DNA of 64,000 bases, taken from positions 5,157 through 69,156 of IMG/VR virus record IMGVR_UViG_3300013094_000037; one strand, written 5' to 3'. The DNA comes from a virus. The notes under the pieces are model-generated. The model did no database searches. It saw only the letters and a program-made list of their open reading frames with translations, and was not told the origin of the DNA. Of this stretch, positions 60,727 through 64,000 are shown in pieces (the first letter of the stretch is position 1; each line of letters opens with the position of its first letter). Position numbers and translations under genes: made by a program.

Positions 60727-61324
60727 GTTCTGTTATCACTTCTTTAAGTATGTTTTTGAATTTAACTTTGTCGTATTGTATAAAAGGTGCATACTTTTCA
60801 CATTTCAATCGCCAGTTGGGCCAGATAATATCATCACTGATTTTACGGTCCCACATGGGAAAGAAGTTCATAATATCATTAAGTATGCACAAAGTTTCTA
60901 CTGAAATTGTACCAGACATTACCTCACGGAGTAAGATAGGATGTTGACCATCATTGACAATCAACATTTGTTCTGGTGCATCATTTCCTACAAGACCAAG
61001 TATATCATTTTCAAAGACATATGTCAAGCTCTGGTTAATCTTCTGCCACTTTTTGTATGCCACTTCACCTTCAGGTCCAGTCATTTCACCAACCCAAGAC
61101 GCATCACCATATACAAAATTTGCAAGGTAAAAGTTCCGCAATTCTTCCAAAGAAAACTTCCGTGAAAGTTTGTAGAAACTGTATTTGTCTTTACGTTTGA
61201 GAAATGTTTCTTTAGATACATTGGTCTTGCCATTATAGCGAAAAAAATCATAGGATTTTGAGGTGAAGTGTGTTTTCAGTGCATTATAAAGTGCAAAAGA
61301 TGCAAAACCTGTACCTTCATTCAT
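60719..61324 (-). CDS. 59: Helicase loader gp59
   Basis: YNALKTHF...YDFFRYNGK...RKDKYSFYKL and ISVETLCIL motifs. Confidence 0.88.
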   Translation of the reverse strand: MNEGTGFASFALYNALKTHFTSKSYDFFRYNGKTNVSKETFLKRKDKYSFYKLSRKFSLEELRNFYLANFVYGDASWVGEMTGPEGEVAYKKWQKINQSLTYVFENDILGLVGNDAPEQMLIVNDGQHPILLREVMSGTISVETLCILNDIMNFFPMWDRKISDDIIWPNWRLKCEKYAPFIQYDKVKFKNILKEVITEHA

Positions 61325-61542
61325 AGCGGAAGTTTAGATGCTTTTTTGATTAGATTAACTGATTGTGCTTCTTCACGGATTCGTGCTTTGAGGTGAGATG
61401 AAATTAAGGTGGCAGCCACCTCAATCTCAATACCTGTTTCTTCGCAATGTTGAACAATAGCATCCATGCAATGAATGTCATACTGTTCTGCAATTTCCTC
61501 AATCTTTAGTGAGAAGTCACGGATTTCGTCTTTACTTGGCAT
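61321..61542 (-). CDS. 33: Late transcription coactivator gp33
   Basis: FSLKIEEI...MDAIVQHCEE..IEIE.AA.LIS..LKARIREEA...KLPL. Start moved to 61542 (TAATG overlap). Confidence 0.88.
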   Translation of the reverse strand: MPSKDEIRDFSLKIEEIAEQYDIHCMDAIVQHCEETGIEIEVAATLISSHLKARIREEAQSVNLIKKASKLPL

Positions 61543-61775
61543 TATTTGGCCTTCAATGCATAGACCATGCAAAGGTTATCTGTCTGTGTTGCATATGCAC
61601 ACTTAACAGAAATAGGATCAATACCTCTTTGAATGGCTGAGTCCATGTTTTTTGACATGTTGTTACGGTCATTAATGTTTGACAAATAAGAACTAATGAT
61701 TATTGATACGGCAACAATAGTGATACATGCCAATAATGTGATAACAACTTTCAAATTTGAATTTTGGTTTTCCAT
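61542..61775 (-). CDS. Small membrane-anchored hypothetical protein
   Basis: MENQNS start; one transmembrane segment; AIQRGIDPISVKCAY motif. Confidence 0.7.
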   Translation of the reverse strand: MENQNSNLKVVITLLACITIVAVSIIISSYLSNINDRNNMSKNMDSAIQRGIDPISVKCAYATQTDNLCMVYALKAK

Positions 61776-61776
61776 A

Positions 61777-62328
61777 TTAAATGATTTCCTTGTTTCTGTC
61801 AATTGAGTCTTTGTTGGATCGGTAGAAGATGTGTTGTCCAATTTGTTTGACCTTTTCCAAATGATGCCAACCAGGGTGGACGTAATCCGCATGATAGTAT
61901 GTCGCACCTTCTGTAACATCTTTTTGCCTTTCATAGTTAACCACTAAGTTTGTTGCGAGATCCAAGATTTCATTATACAACCTTTTGTCGGTGATTGGCA
62001 AGCCCTTACCATCTTTCTTTTCGCAATACCAAGAGAACTGACATGTTCCGTTCGTTTTCTGTTTCACCACGGAACAAATATCTTCACCATAACCGGATTG
62101 TACACGGTTAATTGTAACGAAAGCAACGGCCTTTTGACCATCTAATGGCTCATGTGCCGCTTCGTGATAGATATTTTGTGCCAAACAATTTACCTGAACT
62201 TTAGTTTCGTCAGATAGTGCATTGTAAGTGGTCTTGAACGGTAAATTATAAGTATCAATGTTGATACAGGATAACATCAGTATGATTGCTGAAAAGAATA
62301 CTGCTACAAGTATAATTCTACTTTGCAT
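61777..62328 (-). CDS. SleB-like cell wall hydrolase (Hydrolase_2)
   Basis: CLAQNIYHEA, VAFVTINRV, CQFSW, GATYYHADYV.P.W and IGQHIFY motifs; N-terminal signal/TM. Confidence 0.92.
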   Translation of the reverse strand: MQSRIILVAVFFSAIILMLSCINIDTYNLPFKTTYNALSDETKVQVNCLAQNIYHEAAHEPLDGQKAVAFVTINRVQSGYGEDICSVVKQKTNGTCQFSWYCEKKDGKGLPITDKRLYNEILDLATNLVVNYERQKDVTEGATYYHADYVHPGWHHLEKVKQIGQHIFYRSNKDSIDRNKEII

Positions 62329-62347
62329 GTAATTCTCCAGTTAAATG

Positions 62348-62370
62348 GGTGGGTTTTGTAAGAACCCACC
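62348..62370 (-). terminator. Stem-loop after the OMP gene (weak terminator or processing/stability hairpin)
   Basis: 8-bp stem GGTGGGTT...AACCCACC; only a short T run follows. Confidence 0.5.
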
Positions 62371-62386
62371 GAAACTTATTGGACTC

Positions 62387-62839
62387 TTAGAAAGAGAACT
62401 TTGCGCCTACAGCAACGGTGTTACCATCAAAAGATTTAACTTTGTGGTCACCATCTTGATAACGATAATCAACAGTCAAAGCAAGTGCCTTGGTAACTGG
62501 AACGGTAACGCCAGCACCAACTTCAGCAACATAACGCTCATCGCTCTTGATACCTTTCTTGTCAAGGTAACCAACACCAGCCTTAGCGGTCAATGCGGCA
62601 TTACCCAACTTGAAAACATCATAACCACCGATAACGCTGAATTTGTCTAGGTTACGTTTGATTTCACGGTCGGCTTCAGCAGTAACGCTTACTTTACCAA
62701 AATGTTCACCTACAGTCAAACCAAAACCATCACGGTCTTTCTTGCTGTAATTGTCGATAGAACCATTAACACCAACTTCAACGGCTGATGCAACTCCAAA
62801 TGCAGCCATCAAAGTGGCCAATAGAACTAACTTCTTCAT
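62387..62839 (-). CDS. Small outer-membrane beta-barrel protein (OmpA-TM/Ail/Lom-like)
   Basis: Signal peptide MKKLVLLATLMAAFGVASA, alternating beta strands, C-terminal Phe (AKFSF), AGGAG RBS. Confidence 0.85.
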   Translation of the reverse strand: MKKLVLLATLMAAFGVASAVEVGVNGSIDNYSKKDRDGFGLTVGEHFGKVSVTAEADREIKRNLDKFSVIGGYDVFKLGNAALTAKAGVGYLDKKGIKSDERYVAEVGAGVTVPVTKALALTVDYRYQDGDHKVKSFDGNTVAVGAKFSF

Positions 62840-62857
62840 TAAAAACTCCTTTAAGTT

Positions 62858-63172
62858 AAAAAATGCCAACTGATTGGGTAATAAGGACAGTTGGCGAAAC
62901 CTCAGCTTAACCTCAAGCGGCTAGGCGGTAAACGCTTTCGTTTGCATTTATTTTTGATTTAGTGTTTACGTCAACTCTGACGGATAGCCTAATATAATAC
63001 TTGTTACCCTGTCGAAACTATTTCTCGCCCATCATAAAAATTCAGGCTTGGATTATGTGGATGTCCGTGATACCTTAGTCATCTTCATTACCGCACGGCG
63101 CTGGCCTGAATTTTTATGGTGGACGAGGGCGGTACTGCCCCGCCGTCCAGAATACTTTTCTTATACCAAGTT
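62858..63172 (-). ncRNA. ssrA: Circularly permuted (two-piece) tmRNA, tag peptide ANESVYRLAA
   Basis: Acceptor piece first: T-arm GGCGG-GGCAGTA-CCGCC, then CTCGTCC-A-CCA ending at 63117. Coding piece starts GGGCGAG at 63030 (pairs with CTCGTCC, G3:U70), followed by TTTCGAC. Tag ORF at 62945-62913; terminal hairpin GCCAACTG/CAGTTGGC plus T run. Confidence 0.92.
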
Positions 63173-63183
63173 TACTATCATTA

Positions 63184-63315
63184 TTAGCGCACCGATTCGG
63201 TGTGCTTACCTTTGACAGACTTCTTCAATAACTTCATCCAAAATTTCTTGGCTTTTTCTAAGTTATGTTCAAATTCTGCACGATTTAGTTTTTGGATTAA
63301 TTTTTTGATTTTCAT
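63184..63315 (-). CDS. Small basic hypothetical protein (43 aa)
   Basis: Not in the ORF track. MKIKKLIQKLNRAEFEHNLEKAKKFWMKLLKKSVKGKHTESVR; ATGA overlap with the upstream ORF. Confidence 0.6.
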   Translation of the reverse strand: MKIKKLIQKLNRAEFEHNLEKAKKFWMKLLKKSVKGKHTESVR

Positions 63316-63635
63316 TGATTTGGTACCAATACAATTCGTTTAGTGTTAGTTTGTTGGTCAAACATTTCAGCCCAATGATAACCTGGTGGTGGCAATTGAA
63401 CCGTAGGTTGTGGCTGAATGTAGACTGGCGGTTGTTGGATGTAGACCGGTGCTTGTTCAACCATGATAGGTCTAGGTTGTGATGCAAGTTCTGCACCAAT
63501 AACAACACCTGCGGCCAACGGAACCCAACCGACACCAGGACCACCCCAATGGTGATGAGGACGATAGCAACAGTAATCAGCAGAAGCCGCAGTTGCTAAA
63601 GTTGCCAATAAAAGCAAAGTAATAAGTTTTTTCAT
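63312..63635 (-). CDS. Secreted proline-rich hypothetical protein
   Basis: Signal peptide MKKLITLLLLATLATAASA, hydrophobic GVVIGA segment and P-V-Y repeats. Confidence 0.7.
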   Translation of the reverse strand: MKKLITLLLLATLATAASADYCCYRPHHHWGGPGVGWVPLAAGVVIGAELASQPRPIMVEQAPVYIQQPPVYIQPQPTVQLPPPGYHWAEMFDQQTNTKRIVLVPNQ

Positions 63636-63657
63636 GTTCGTAATCCTATCAGAAAGT

Positions 63658-64000
63658 TTAATTTTTGGCAAGCGTTTTCTGGTAATAGTGAATTGCTTCA
63701 ACTAAACCGTCAATATGGTCGCTTGTCTTTTCTTTAAAAATCAATGGTTCAGAATCTTTCACGGCCATGATAATGATTAGGTTATTTATAGGAGTTCCAA
63801 TTAGTTCTTCATACATGAGACTGTAAGCAGTTGTTTGCCAGAAATAATCCATGATGGAATCTCTGGATTTTGGTCTGGATGCAGTCTTAAAGTCAATAAC
63901 CGCCAACTCACCTTCATATTCCGCAATAACGTCTACACGACCAGCCATGCCAAGTTGTTTAGACCACAAAGCAGCCTCTTGGTAATGAATGTTGTTAATC
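63658..64000 (-). CDS. PD-(D/E)XK / Cas4-like exonuclease, C-terminal part (runs off the window end)
   Basis: AGRVDVIAEY...VIDFKT...YFWQTTAY motifs. Confidence 0.85.
   Translation of the reverse strand, partial: INNIHYQEAALWSKQLGMAGRVDVIAEYEGELAVIDFKTASRPKSRDSIMDYFWQTTAYSLMYEELIGTPINNLIIIMAVKDSEPLIFKEKTSDHIDGLVEAIHYYQKTLAKN

Noticed and set aside
63117-63150. Stand-alone tRNA gene
   Set aside because: There is no anticodon arm; the T-arm and CCA belong to the permuted tmRNA acceptor piece.
63658-64000. Cas4-like nuclease as a sign of a CRISPR-Cas system
   Set aside because: This exonuclease family is common in T4-like phages, and no array or other cas genes are seen.

Overview
The window is a segment of a large lytic T4-like myovirus genome, with a gene order resembling cyanophage and freshwater T4-like phages. 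The OMP gene and tmRNA tag suggest a Gram-negative proteobacterial host, which is an inference. On the minus strand (1-53 kb) it carries the tail sheath gp18 (partial), terminase gp17/gp16 and neck genes gp15/14/13. These are followed by three tandem paralogous collagen-like tail fibres with S74 chaperone domains, a GT4 glycosyltransferase plus 2OG-Fe(II) oxygenase pair, further giant repetitive fibres, a split DUF4815-like protein and the baseplate cluster (gp8, gp7-like, gp6, gp25, split gp5, hub, gp53, gp48). A plus-strand block (53-58.8 kb) holds gp4, gp2, gp54-like, gp26/gp51 and two paralogous tape-measure-like proteins, one carrying a lysozyme domain. The last minus-strand block holds gp32, a NUMOD protein, a HAD nucleotidase, gp59, gp33, a SleB hydrolase, an OMP, a circularly permuted two-piece tmRNA and an exonuclease. 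The most notable observations are: (1) a candidate virion protein-modification system, with late-expressed oxygenase and glycosyltransferase genes set between Gly-Pro-Thr collagen fibres and Ala-Asn-rich structural proteins; (2) a phage-encoded permuted tmRNA; (3) a likely -1 frameshift joining gp26 and gp51; (4) modular fibres with conserved DNA linkers; (5) late promoters positioned to give leaderless mRNAs. All calls come from reading the sequence; no database searches were run.
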